Of a stretch of DNA of 56,017 nt, positions 29,725 to 39,289 are shown piece after piece. This DNA comes from Patescibacteria group bacterium. GTDB lineage: Bacteria; Patescibacteriota; Minisyncoccia; Phycocordibacterales; UBA12079. The DNA lies in contig JAZDMO010000013.1 of NCBI GenBank assembly GCA_043800905.1, forward strand, positions 1-56,017. The letters are read 5' to 3'. The first letter of the stretch is position 1, and every line of letters starts with the position of its first letter. Made by a program: the position numbers and the translations under genes. The notes beneath the pieces were generated by a model that saw only the letters and a list, made by a program, of their open reading frames with translations, searched no databases and had not been told where the DNA came from.

Positions 29725-29973
29725 GTGAACAACTCGATCTCTCAATTAAGAAGAAAGATTTTGAAAGAGACGAAAGCTCGGGCAACAAAGGAAGCAGATT
29801 TGGTTTCTTTTGTTAATAAAGTTGAAGAAACTTTCAAAAGAATGACTGAGGAAGCGCAAAAGCTTCAGGCTGGGGTTCTCCCAAACGATTTTCCCACAAA
29901 ATCATTGGCAGAAAATTTGACCGCCTCTTTGGCTAGAGGGGCCGACGATTTCCGCCGCAACTGTCTTCAATAA
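29725..29973 (+). CDS. hypothetical protein (orphan)
   Basis: GTG start after AAAGGAGG; TTGACA(29622)-16-TATTCT; hairpin at 30015-30045. Confidence 0.65.
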   Translation: MNNSISQLRRKILKETKARATKEADLVSFVNKVEETFKRMTEEAQKLQAGVLPNDFPTKSLAENLTASLARGADDFRRNCLQ

Positions 29974-30075
29974 ATAATTTTCTAAGGAATTTTAAAAATG
30001 AATTTTCATTTTAAAGGCCTCAAAATGCAAAGCGTTTTGGGGCCATTAATTTTTATGTTCAATGTCTAAAATTTT

Positions 30076-30822
30076 TTATTCAAAAAAAACAGTCAATTCC
30101 AAAGCGTTATCGTACTGAGGTAAACCAGAAGGGTTATCTTTTTTCAAAATTAAAGATCCTCTATTTTCTACTCCTTCAATTTTTTCAGGTTTTGTAAATT
30201 CTAAATTAGCTTTAAAAGGAACAAAGTCTTCTACCATCCAATCACCCTGAGATGTCGCATAACCTTCAGCGATAATCAAACCATCCCAATTAGTTAAAAT
30301 TACCGGAAAAGAACCCTCAAAATACCAATTTCCCCTAGCTTTTCCTTCTAAAATTAGAGGATTAGAAATTTTTTGTCCGTCTTTAATATTTTCTAAAATA
30401 ATTAAATCTTTTAAACTTTCTTGTGAATTTAAATTTTCTGTAAAGACTTGCTCACTTACTTTATCTCGACACTGTCTTGGATAAGATTCCATTACTGAAT
30501 TTCCTGCTTCTACACAAGAAATAAAATCTTTTACACTTGAATCACTCTCATTTTGTTGGGAAAAAGAACAAAAAGGAACACATTGTAAAGTGCACATAAC
30601 AGCCTCTTTTTCATGACGACAAGCAGAACCACATTCATTAAAAATTCCCCCATTGATATCACACCAATTTTGACTAATTCCTTCACATTCTTCTTGTTCA
30701 AAAATCCAAGTCCCATTATTTTGAATACAAGCAGAAACTATACTTTTACTGGAATTTTCTTTAAATAAATAAACCCCGCCTAAAATTAAAACAATAATGA
30801 TTAAATAGATTATTTTTTTCAT
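30076..30822 (-). CDS. secreted Cys-rich protein with Gmad2 Ig-like domain
   Basis: Signal anchor; FISCVEAGNSVMESYPRQC; GKARGNWYFEGSFPV...KDNPSGLP. Confidence 0.85.
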   Translation of the reverse strand: MKKIIYLIIIVLILGGVYLFKENSSKSIVSACIQNNGTWIFEQEECEGISQNWCDINGGIFNECGSACRHEKEAVMCTLQCVPFCSFSQQNESDSSVKDFISCVEAGNSVMESYPRQCRDKVSEQVFTENLNSQESLKDLIILENIKDGQKISNPLILEGKARGNWYFEGSFPVILTNWDGLIIAEGYATSQGDWMVEDFVPFKANLEFTKPEKIEGVENRGSLILKKDNPSGLPQYDNALELTVFFE

Positions 30823-30832
30823 AACAAATTAT

Positions 30833-31168
30833 TTAAATTATTAACGGTAAATTTTCTTTTTTCCAAGATAACAATCCCCCCTCCAAATCTTTTACATTCG
30901 TAAAACTTAAAGTTTTCAAAACACTATAAAGAATTTGGCTTCTAGAACCACTTCGACAATAAACAACAATTGGTTCATTTTTTTTATTTGAAATCCCAAT
31001 TTTATTTAAATCAGCTAAAAAATTTTCTGAAAGATTTAATAAAACAGCTCCTTTTATATACCCTCTTTTAAATTCATCTGGAGTCCTAACATCTAAAAGA
31101 ACAAAATTTTCTTTATTTTGTATTCTCTTATATAAATCTTTAGCTGAAATAAAATCGTTACTATCCAT
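30833..31168 (-). CDS. rhodanese-like domain protein
   Basis: LLDVRTPDEF, VYCRSGSRS, LEGGLLSW. Confidence 0.93.
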   Translation of the reverse strand: MDSNDFISAKDLYKRIQNKENFVLLDVRTPDEFKRGYIKGAVLLNLSENFLADLNKIGISNKKNEPIVVYCRSGSRSQILYSVLKTLSFTNVKDLEGGLLSWKKENLPLII

Positions 31169-31281
31169 AGAACAATTATAGCACATAATTTGTTTTTTAC
31201 TTGATATCCCTCAAAGTCCTTATAAAAGGTTTTTCTCATTTTTATTTTACCCATATAAAAATTAGTGTTATAATTAGTTTT

Positions 31282-32226
31282 ATGTTTAAACAAATCAAAA
31301 AAAGTATTTTAAATATTCCACCACTTTATTGGATAATAATAGGGTTTTTTGTATTATTTTTAATCTCAAATATTTTATTAGTTTTAGCTGGTAAAAATAA
31401 CCTAGACAAAATAAACCAAAAGCTTCAAAATCTTGATAATCAGGTTTTAAGTTTAAACGGAAATTTAGCTTCAACTACCGCAATTTTACAACAAAGCATT
31501 AATCAAACCCATCTAGATTTATCTTCAGCAATTGATATCGAAAAACAAAATGTGGGGAAAATCGAAAATCTTTTAGGAACTTACAAAGAAGAAGTTGGAA
31601 ATATTTCTGGAACTGTGAATGATTTAGAAAAACTGACAAAAACTGACCCTGAACTTCTTCAAAAATACTCAAAAGTATTTTTCTTAAATGAACATTATGC
31701 TCCCGCAAGACTAACTGAAATCCCTAACAGCTATGAATACAATGAAGATAAATATTCCAAAATTGATTCTCAAGTCTGGCCATATTTAGAAAATCTTTTA
31801 AAAGCTTCGATTGGTGATGGAGAAGAAATTTATATATATTCAGCCTATCGTTCTTTTGATGAACAAAGTGCTTTAAAAGATCAATATAAAGTAGTTTATG
31901 GGTCAGGAACAGCTAATCAGTTTTCTGCTGATCAAGGCTATTCAGAGCATCAATTAGGAACAACAGTTGATTTAATCACGACAGGCATAGGTGGAACTTT
32001 AGATGGTTTTGGCGAAACATCAGCTTATCAATGGCTTTTAAAAAATGCTTACAAGTATGGATTTGTGCTTTCTTATCCCGATAACAATAATTATTATATT
32101 TTTGAACCTTGGCATTGGCGTTTTGTGGGGGTTAAATTAGCTACTTATTTATACAATCAAGGTAAAAACTTTTATGATTTAGATCAACGCACTATTGATG
32201 AATACTTAGTTAATTTGTTTGATTAA
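31282..32226 (+). CDS. M15B (VanY-like) D-Ala-D-Ala carboxypeptidase
   Basis: SAYRS, SEHQLGTTVD, FEPWHWRFVG; TM plus coiled coil at the N-terminus; ATG 31282 follows TATAAT. Confidence 0.92.
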   Translation: MFKQIKKSILNIPPLYWIIIGFFVLFLISNILLVLAGKNNLDKINQKLQNLDNQVLSLNGNLASTTAILQQSINQTHLDLSSAIDIEKQNVGKIENLLGTYKEEVGNISGTVNDLEKLTKTDPELLQKYSKVFFLNEHYAPARLTEIPNSYEYNEDKYSKIDSQVWPYLENLLKASIGDGEEIYIYSAYRSFDEQSALKDQYKVVYGSGTANQFSADQGYSEHQLGTTVDLITTGIGGTLDGFGETSAYQWLLKNAYKYGFVLSYPDNNNYYIFEPWHWRFVGVKLATYLYNQGKNFYDLDQRTIDEYLVNLFD

Positions 32227-32286
32227 AAAAATATAAATAAAAAAACAGAGGTCAGCCTGTAAAACAGACTGACCTCTTTATCCTAA

Positions 32287-32538
32287 TCATAGAAGGTTTT
32301 GAGCTCTCTGGCGGAAAGCATCAAGTTCTCCTGACACTGATATAGAAGTAAATTGCTTTTGCTCTAGAAGTATTTGATTCCTTAAAGTCAAAAAATAAAC
32401 CTCCTCTTCTAAATTTTTTGCCCGATCTTCCAATTGATGGCATTTATTTCCAAGATTAGCGTTTATATTAACTACTTTCTGTAATAAAAGCTGTAAAGAG
32501 TAAACTTTCTCTTTTAACTTTTCTGTCATATCAGCCAT
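32287..32538 (-). CDS. hypothetical coiled-coil protein (orphan)
   Basis: GGGAGG RBS before ATG 32538; TTGACA near 32604; terminator at 32245-32278. Confidence 0.65.
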   Translation of the reverse strand: MADMTEKLKEKVYSLQLLLQKVVNINANLGNKCHQLEDRAKNLEEEVYFLTLRNQILLEQKQFTSISVSGELDAFRQRAQNLL

Positions 32539-32685
32539 AATCCTCCCAAGATTTAATTGTTTTATTTTTACGCTTCCGTTATTTAACCAAAATAATTCTG
32601 TATTGTCAATGCCAAAAGAAAATGGTATAATTGCCAATTAGAATTGTTCTCATAATTTTATAACTCTAATAAAGGAGAAAACACA

Positions 32686-33027
32686 ATGTTTTGCCCAAGA
32701 TGTGGTGGAGTTGCTAAAGAACTTTCTTCCGGGGGTTCTAACAAAAAGGCCTGTATTTATTGCGGAAAAGGCCTTTTTTGTAGAGATTCTTTTTCAGGAA
32801 AAATTGAAAAGAATAGTCTCCCCCACTTTAATCTTTTTAAAGCTTTATGGTTACGATTTCAATATAATCGTAATCCTAGAAACAAAAAACAAGGAAGAAT
32901 AAATCTGCAAGATTATAAAAGTTTTAGAAAGCAATTGGAAAAAAGTAACCGAAAAATAGCTAATGCTTTGAAAAACCGCAAAAAAATTCTTAAGGGATTT
33001 AAAAAAGAATTTCATCGTTACGCATAA
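32686..33027 (+). CDS. basic Zn-ribbon protein (orphan)
   Basis: CPRCG...CIYCG; AAAGGAG RBS; TTGTCA-17-TATAAT promoter; terminator at 33058-33083. Confidence 0.7.
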   Translation: MFCPRCGGVAKELSSGGSNKKACIYCGKGLFCRDSFSGKIEKNSLPHFNLFKALWLRFQYNRNPRNKKQGRINLQDYKSFRKQLEKSNRKIANALKNRKKILKGFKKEFHRYA

Positions 33028-33388
33028 ATACGTTTATTTTAATAGTTAGAAACAAAAACCACAGAAGCAATCCTGTGGTTTTATTATTTTGTTGCACTTA
33101 TTTTGTTTGCTATATGGAACGAAGTTGGAACTTTACTAAAAAACACAATTAAAGCATAGAGTAATATATCATACAGATTTGAACTTGCGATACTTGGCGA
33201 AGCAGAGATAAAATATCCTTATCTATAGGCTATTTTTTATAACCCCAACAAGACTTTTGGCTATGTCTGAATCTATTTACTTTATACAATATTTATTGTA
33301 TGTTAACTATTAGTTAAAGATAGATAATTTTAAATAAAGTACATTGAAATGAAAAAAACTTAATTAATTTCAAGAGGAGGAAACACAA

Positions 33389-34696
33389 ATGACTACCAGT
33401 AAAAAAAGTAGGCAGAAAGTTAAACCAGAAAAAGAAGATTTTTTTGAGCTTATTGTCAGTAATCCAAATCATGCATCACCTTTTTTGCAATTCAGCTGGT
33501 GTGTAAACAAAAAAGGTATCGAGTGTTTAAGAAAGGAGCAAGTACTTCATCCATTCCTATTGGTTGTTATTCTAAACAAAAAGGCTTATGGAGAAGAATG
33601 GGAGGACTATATTCGGCAACTCTATCCGCTTGACCGTGGTTTGGGCCATATCGAATTCAACCGCCCTGGTGAGTACAAAATACATGCTTCTGTCATCTGG
33701 ACTTTTAACTCGTCAAAAGGAAGACAACAAAAAGTCGAGGATGCTCGAAAAGAACTTTACAACAAGTACAAAGATATAAAAAGAGGAAAATATAGCTATA
33801 ACCTTCATGACGAAGAAACATATCGACCTGATTATCTGGAGCATAACACTCTTTCCTATCACGATAAAATTTCTGTGATTGTCGACAAAAATCTTTTTGC
33901 ACCTGAACCTTCAAATCGTATGAAGTGGTGGGTAAATATGCTTTGGGATTATAAGAAACCGAAAAATCAATGCGATTGGCGACGGCGTAAAATCATTGCT
34001 TTTTCTATTCAACCTTTGTTGGTTCTCATCTTTTTAATTATCAGAAGTATAATTGCGGTAGCTTGGGTAATTTTCCTGCTGTTTATCGGCTATTATCCAA
34101 ATAAAATCGGATGGAAAGCCGTTATTCACCCCTTTGATATGAATATCTGCGACATTGTTGACACCACGTACGATATCAAAAATGTTGATAACTACTGGTG
34201 GATTACTAATCCTGACCGAATCGAACGTTCAAAAGTTGAAAAAATACTTATGAGTCCAATTACGGGATATGGCTTGGTAATAGTTTTTTTAATTTTTGTT
34301 GAGTCCAACATTTTCCGTATGGCTACGCTTATCGGTTTTTTAGACTGGAATATCTTGCTCGCGTGCTTTATATTTGTAATTGTTGTGATGGCCACCAGTT
34401 TGCTTCTCTATAAAATATGTATACTCATCATTAACCGTTTCTTCAGTAAAAAACTGAAGCTACACGCCGAAGAACGCTTGAGGAGAAAACAGGAAGAGGA
34501 AACAAAAAGAAAAAGAAACGAACAAATGGCTTTTCAAAGCTCTCTTTCCTTTTTTTATGACCAGAGGTTAAAACCCTTGGCTTGTACCGAACGAACCCGC
34601 GAAGCTACTTTGACAAGTCTTCCTGAGACCCACCGCACCTTGCAACTACGGTTTATGGACTTGAAAGTTAAAGTTTGTAAACCATTTCGTGGATGA
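33389..34696 (+). CDS. hypothetical membrane protein (orphan)
   Basis: AGAGGAGG RBS; several hydrophobic segments; terminator at 34712-34740. Confidence 0.8.
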   Translation: MTTSKKSRQKVKPEKEDFFELIVSNPNHASPFLQFSWCVNKKGIECLRKEQVLHPFLLVVILNKKAYGEEWEDYIRQLYPLDRGLGHIEFNRPGEYKIHASVIWTFNSSKGRQQKVEDARKELYNKYKDIKRGKYSYNLHDEETYRPDYLEHNTLSYHDKISVIVDKNLFAPEPSNRMKWWVNMLWDYKKPKNQCDWRRRKIIAFSIQPLLVLIFLIIRSIIAVAWVIFLLFIGYYPNKIGWKAVIHPFDMNICDIVDTTYDIKNVDNYWWITNPDRIERSKVEKILMSPITGYGLVIVFLIFVESNIFRMATLIGFLDWNILLACFIFVIVVMATSLLLYKICILIINRFFSKKLKLHAEERLRRKQEEETKRKRNEQMAFQSSLSFFYDQRLKPLACTERTREATLTSLPETHRTLQLRFMDLKVKVCKPFRG

Positions 34697-34763
34697 ATTA
34701 TTTAAAACAAAAGGCTCAGTCGTTTTATGACTGAGCCTTTATTTTTTTTACTAAAAATTATAT

Positions 34764-34993
34764 AGGTTCGAATATCGTCTAATAGACAAACAAAATATAA
34801 ACACCAGAGCATTCACTCTGGTGTTTATATTTTGTATGTTGCCAGACTAGGATTCGAATCTTACAGATTCGGTGCAGCGTTTGGATATTTTGTTTCGTTA
34901 CACTCACAAAATATCTCAAACCGCTTTTCGAATCCTATCTGACAAAAGAAAAATAAAAAACCCAAGCTATAGCTCAGGTTTCTTTTTTCTTAG
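34764..34993 (-). mobile_element. tRNA-Gln-linked structured element (about 1.5 units)
   Basis: Inverted 3' end 34927-34945; direct copy GTTGCCAGACTAGGATTCGAA 34838-34858; second hairpin and degenerate inverted copy at about 34764-34787. Confidence 0.7.
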
Positions 34994-35064
34994 TTGCCAG
35001 ACTAGGATTCGAACCTAGATAACCAGCTCCAAAAGCTGATGTCCTACCATTAGACGATCTGGCA
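34994..35064 (-). tRNA. tRNA-Gln(TTG)
   Basis: TGCCAGA...TCTGGCA (U1-A72); anticodon loop TTTTGGA; GGTTCGAATCC. Confidence 0.93.
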
Positions 35065-35158
35065 ATAATTAATTCCTTACTATTCTACCTTTTTTTTAGT
35101 TTTTTTCAACAAATTTTATTTGACAAGTTTATTTATATATAATAATATAAAGATATTA

Positions 35159-35187
35159 AGCTACATATTTATATAATGTAGCTACAG
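35159..35187. promoter_or_regulatory. palindromic operator upstream of the hicAB-like pair
   Basis: AGCTACAT-ATTTATATA-ATGTAGCT and overlapping TGTAGCTACA, just before the ATG; TTGACA at 35120. Confidence 0.6.
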
Positions 35188-35191
35188 TAAT

Positions 35192-35428
35192 ATGGCTGGT
35201 ATTGATAAATTAAAATCAAAATTTAAAAATAATCCCGCTTCTCTTAAATACAAAGATATAGAAAGAATTTTAATTTATTTAGAATTTGAAAAAATACCAA
35301 CCAAAAGAAGCTATTTTAAATTTAAACATAATAAGTTAAAAATTGATTTAGTTATCCCCGTCCATAATAATGAGTGCAAAGAATTCTATAAAAAAGAAAT
35401 TAACAAAATAATCAAAAAAATAAAATGA
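35192..35428 (+). CDS. hicA: HicA-like toxin (canonical GSH motif altered)
   Basis: NNPASLKYKDIERILIYLEF..KRSYFKFKH..LVIPVH. Confidence 0.7.
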   Translation: MAGIDKLKSKFKNNPASLKYKDIERILIYLEFEKIPTKRSYFKFKHNKLKIDLVIPVHNNECKEFYKKEINKIIKKIK

Positions 35429-35730
35429 AAGGCTACATAACATTAAACAATAAAAAATATTTTTATACTCTAAAAGAGAAATCAAAAAAAGAGGTATTTT
35501 TTGAATGTCCTCAAGCAAAAATATCACAAATCTTTCTAAATGAGGATATCCCAAGTTTATTAATAGATTTACCTAATTTGATTATTGCTGAAAAAGAATA
35601 TCAAAATAATCAATCTGAAGTTGTCCGTTTTAGGATCTCTTCAGGAGATAAGAAAAAAATAGAAATAAAAGCTTCTAAAAATGGCTATAATTCTGTGTCT
35701 GATTATTTAAGAAAATTAGCTTTGAGTTAA
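35425..35730 (+). CDS. putative HicB-like antitoxin with ribbon-helix-helix C-terminus
   Basis: ATGA overlap with hicA; VVRFRISSGDKKKIEIKASKNGYNSVSDYLRKLAL. Confidence 0.65.
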   Translation: MKGYITLNNKKYFYTLKEKSKKEVFFECPQAKISQIFLNEDIPSLLIDLPNLIIAEKEYQNNQSEVVRFRISSGDKKKIEIKASKNGYNSVSDYLRKLALS

Positions 35731-36747
35731 TTCCATTAATAGTATTTCTAAAGGCAAATGAGGAATATAGGCTAATTTAATTTGTTCTGAAACTTCTATC
35801 ATTTTTTTAATTAATTCTGAATTTAGATTACCATCTTTTTTCTGACTCAATTCAAGTAAAAAAACAAAATCTGTTTCAGAAAAATCTGTTTCAATTTCTT
35901 TTTTTAGGTCTTTAGCAAATCGTAAAAGCAAAACCGCCCGTAATTTGTGTAAAATCAATTTCAAAAAAATAGACATATCTACTCCGTTTTCTACCGCTTG
36001 CTTTAAAGATTTTAAACCCAAATCTAAATTTTTATCATCCAAAGATAAAATAAAATTATTCACCAAAGCACTATTTGGAGCTCCGGTAATAATCTCTACT
36101 TCTTTCAAACTCAATTTATTGTCTTGAGAGATGGAAATAACTTTTTGCAAAATACCTAAGGTGTCTCTAAAAGATCCGTCCCCCATCAAAGCAATTAAAT
36201 CTTCCGCTCCTTTTTCTAAACTCACTTTTTCTTTTTTACAAATATCTAAAACAGCTTTTTTCAAAATATCCACTGATGGTTTTTTAAAAACAAAAGTCTG
36301 ACAACGAGAAAGAATCGTATCAGGAATTTTTTGAATTTCAGTCGTAGCCAAAACAAAAACCACATGACGAGGAGGCTCTTCTAAAGTTTTTAATAATGCA
36401 TTAAAAGCTTCTTTGGTAAGCATATGGACCTCATCAATAATATATACTTTATAGGGCGATTCAAAAGGCATTACGTTTACTCTTTCACGCAATTCACGGA
36501 TATCATCAATACCACGGTTAGAAGCCGCGTCAATCTCATTTAAATCGTTTAGGGAGCATTTTATTTCTTGGGCTAACAACCTAGCCACTGTAGTCTTGCC
36601 TGTTCCTCGCGTACCGGAAAATAAATAAGCATGGGAAAGATTCCCTAAAGCAATCGCTTTGGTTAGAGTTTCTGTAATATGTTCTTGCCCCAAAACTTCA
36701 GAAAATTTTGAGGGACGATATTTACGATATAGAACTAAATTATTCAT
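35716..36747 (-). CDS. dnaX: DNA polymerase III subunit gamma/tau (short)
   Basis: LYRKYRP, GTRGTGKT, EIDAASN, IIDEVHML, ILSRC. Confidence 0.96.
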   Translation of the reverse strand: MNNLVLYRKYRPSKFSEVLGQEHITETLTKAIALGNLSHAYLFSGTRGTGKTTVARLLAQEIKCSLNDLNEIDAASNRGIDDIRELRERVNVMPFESPYKVYIIDEVHMLTKEAFNALLKTLEEPPRHVVFVLATTEIQKIPDTILSRCQTFVFKKPSVDILKKAVLDICKKEKVSLEKGAEDLIALMGDGSFRDTLGILQKVISISQDNKLSLKEVEIITGAPNSALVNNFILSLDDKNLDLGLKSLKQAVENGVDMSIFLKLILHKLRAVLLLRFAKDLKKEIETDFSETDFVFLLELSQKKDGNLNSELIKKMIEVSEQIKLAYIPHLPLEILLMELTQS

Positions 36748-37025
36748 AGAAACCATTATAACAAAAAACTCTTAAATTGCGATAAAGTATGTAATTAAGT
36801 AGTATGTGTTAAGTCTGCTTGCTGGCAGACAAATATTAAGGGAAAATAACCTAAATGGTGCTTAATTACATAAGTTTTTTAGAGAATGAATCAACCAAAT
36901 TTGTGGATTAATTCCAACGAATTAAGCCGTTGAAAAATTAAGATGCAGAAAACGGACTTCTGAAATAGGTGTGGCCCGACCACTTCTATTTTAATTTTTA
37001 CTGGATTGCCACGATTAGATTTTTA

Positions 37026-37440
37026 GGCTTAATAGTAAATTAATCAGGCTGAAAATGATAAACTAGTCAGTCATTGCTAACTAGTTTTAATATTATTTAA
37101 AATAAATTTTAGTTAAAAGCTAAAATATTTAAATCATAAAGAACTAAATTAATTTAAAAATAGATGGACTGCCACGATTAGATTTTTAGTAAAAAATCTA
37201 ATCTCGCAGAGACGCTTCGCTTTTCGTTGCCCGTCATTGCGAGGAACAAGATGTAACGAAGCGGAATCTTATGACAAAGCAATCCAGCATCCCGTCATTG
37301 CGAGTTCACGAAGCAATCCAACACCCGTTCGTTCGTCATTGCGAACCGAGCACCAAAAACTTTAATTAAAGTTTTTGGTGCTCGGTGTGGCAATCCAGAA
37401 AAAATTTTATAAAATAACCTGATTAATTTACTATTAAGCC
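37026..37440. mobile_element. MITE with perfect 23-bp TIR and 8-bp TSD
   Basis: TIR GGCTTAATAGTAAATTAATCAGG (37026-37048 / 37418-37440); TSD GATTTTTA (37018-37025 / 37441-37448). Confidence 0.9.
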
Positions 37441-37612
37441 GATTTTTATTAAAAAATCTAATCTCGCAAAGACAGATGAGTCGAAGGCTCGTCTATCATA
37501 CTTGATACATGCTACCTGCCCGCCGGCAGGCAGGCTTAATACATAATACTGTAAAAAATAAAGAAAAGAGGCGGTGAGATTTAGCTCACCGCCTCTTTTT
37601 TTCATTTTTTAC

Positions 37613-38305
37613 TTATTTCCACATCTTAGCTTTTAGAGCTTCCTTTGCTGCCTGCTGTTCCGCTTCTTGTTTAGAAACTCCTTCTCCTTCAGCAATTAGT
37701 TTTTTTCCTAAGAAAACACCAATTTTAAATTTTTTATCATGATCTGGACCACTTTCTTTCAAAACTTCATAGGTTGGAGTAGTTCGTTCTTTTTCCTGTG
37801 CCTTTTCTTGAAAAGCACTTTTTGAATCTTGCCATAAATTATTTTCAACCACATCACCTGTCATATGTAAAAATTGATCTTCAATAAATTTAGCTGCAGC
37901 GTCATAACCCTGATCCAAATAAATTGCTCCAATAATAGCTTCAACCACATTGGCAATAATAAAAGCTCTGGCTCTTCCAGTATCTTTAGCTTCTCCTTTA
38001 GATAATAACAAATAATCGTTTAAACCTAGCCTTTCAGCAATATTTAAAAGTGAAGTAGTGTTTACTATAGCCGAACGATAAGAAGTCAAAACTCCTTCTG
38101 GCTCATCAGGAAATTCATTAAACAAATGACGCGTCACCGCCAATTCTAAAACAGCATCACCTAAAAATTCTAATCTTTCATTATGCTCTAACCCTTTTTC
38201 TTTATTTTCATTTAAATAAGATCTGTGAGTAAAAGCTGTTTTTAATAAATTAATATCATTAAATTTTACCCCTATCTTTTCTGCAAATTTTTGAAAATTA
38301 TCCAT
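37613..38305 (-). CDS. rnc: ribonuclease III
   Basis: HNERLEFLGDAVL signature plus dsRBD. Confidence 0.98.
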   Translation of the reverse strand: MDNFQKFAEKIGVKFNDINLLKTAFTHRSYLNENKEKGLEHNERLEFLGDAVLELAVTRHLFNEFPDEPEGVLTSYRSAIVNTTSLLNIAERLGLNDYLLLSKGEAKDTGRARAFIIANVVEAIIGAIYLDQGYDAAAKFIEDQFLHMTGDVVENNLWQDSKSAFQEKAQEKERTTPTYEVLKESGPDHDKKFKIGVFLGKKLIAEGEGVSKQEAEQQAAKEALKAKMWK

Positions 38306-39215
38306 TTTTTTGTTTTTCTTTAAGCATTTCTAATCCTTTTTTAATAATTTCTTTCATATCATCATATAAATCTAATTTTTCTATTTCATCTAAAGAAAAC
38401 CATTTAATTTCATCAATTCCTTTTTTTTCTTGTAAATCAACTTCCAAGATCAACTCTTGGAAATTACTCTTAGCCAAATAATAATTTATCTTTTTTCTTA
38501 TATGTCCATCTTCTATGTGAAAAGCAATATATTCATTTCCCCCAATCTCCTCTTGCAAAACAATATCTAAACCAGTTTTTCTTTTTGTTTTATTTATAAT
38601 ACTATCTTTTATCGTAAAGCCTTCCTCTTCTTGAGCCTTTAAAAGAGTCCAATATCCAAAAATATTATGAGCCATCATTACTTTATATTGATCTTTCTCA
38701 ATAGCATAAACCATCACTCCCGCTAAAAGATGAGTTGGTAAATTTTTTATATCAAGCTCTTTCTTTCGAGAATCACTGGTTTCGTATTTTTGTGGCTCTC
38801 CCAATTCTTTATAAATAGTTCCCATTACCCCACTAATAAATTTTCCGCTATTTTCTCCTCCAAAAGCTTTGGCTAATTCAATTGATTCATTAATGGCTAC
38901 CTTAGGAGGAACTTCATTTCTATCAGCAAAAAGTAATTCACAAATTCCAATTCTTAAAATATTTCTATCAATCGCAGGAATTTTATCAAGAGACCATTGA
39001 GGAGCTGCCTTGGAAATAATATTATCCAACTGATCTTGTTTTTCTAAAATACAACTCATCATCTTTTTAGCGAAAAGAGGAATTTCTTTAGATTCAGTAA
39101 ACTCTTTTACATTAAAAAGTAATATATCTTCTGGATTTACTTTTTTATCATCTCTAACATCCCACTCAAAAAGTGTTTGGAGTATTATGGATCTTAATAG
39201 ATGTCTATCTAACAT
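38298..39215 (-). CDS. nusB: transcription antitermination factor NusB fused to a Nudix-like domain
   Basis: IDRNILRIG, PPKVAINESIELAKAFG, KFISGVMG; C-terminal AGVMVY...FGYWTLLK...IKWFS. Confidence 0.9.
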   Translation of the reverse strand: MLDRHLLRSIILQTLFEWDVRDDKKVNPEDILLFNVKEFTESKEIPLFAKKMMSCILEKQDQLDNIISKAAPQWSLDKIPAIDRNILRIGICELLFADRNEVPPKVAINESIELAKAFGGENSGKFISGVMGTIYKELGEPQKYETSDSRKKELDIKNLPTHLLAGVMVYAIEKDQYKVMMAHNIFGYWTLLKAQEEEGFTIKDSIINKTKRKTGLDIVLQEEIGGNEYIAFHIEDGHIRKKINYYLAKSNFQELILEVDLQEKKGIDEIKWFSLDEIEKLDLYDDMKEIIKKGLEMLKEKQKNG

Positions 39216-39289
39216 ATATAAACAAAAATACAAACTGATTCATTAAAATTAGCCAGCCAGTCTAAATCAGATGTATTGAAAACAAAAAA

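Noticed and set aside
33085-33280. Unexplained ~200-bp intergenic stretch
   Set aside because: No convincing ORF, repeat or stable structure could be supported by eye.
37423-37605. 60-aa ORF, and similar ORFs at 43544-43747, 54484-54786 and 8743-8973
   Set aside because: They run through REP, MITE or terminator DNA and show no RBS or protein-like features.
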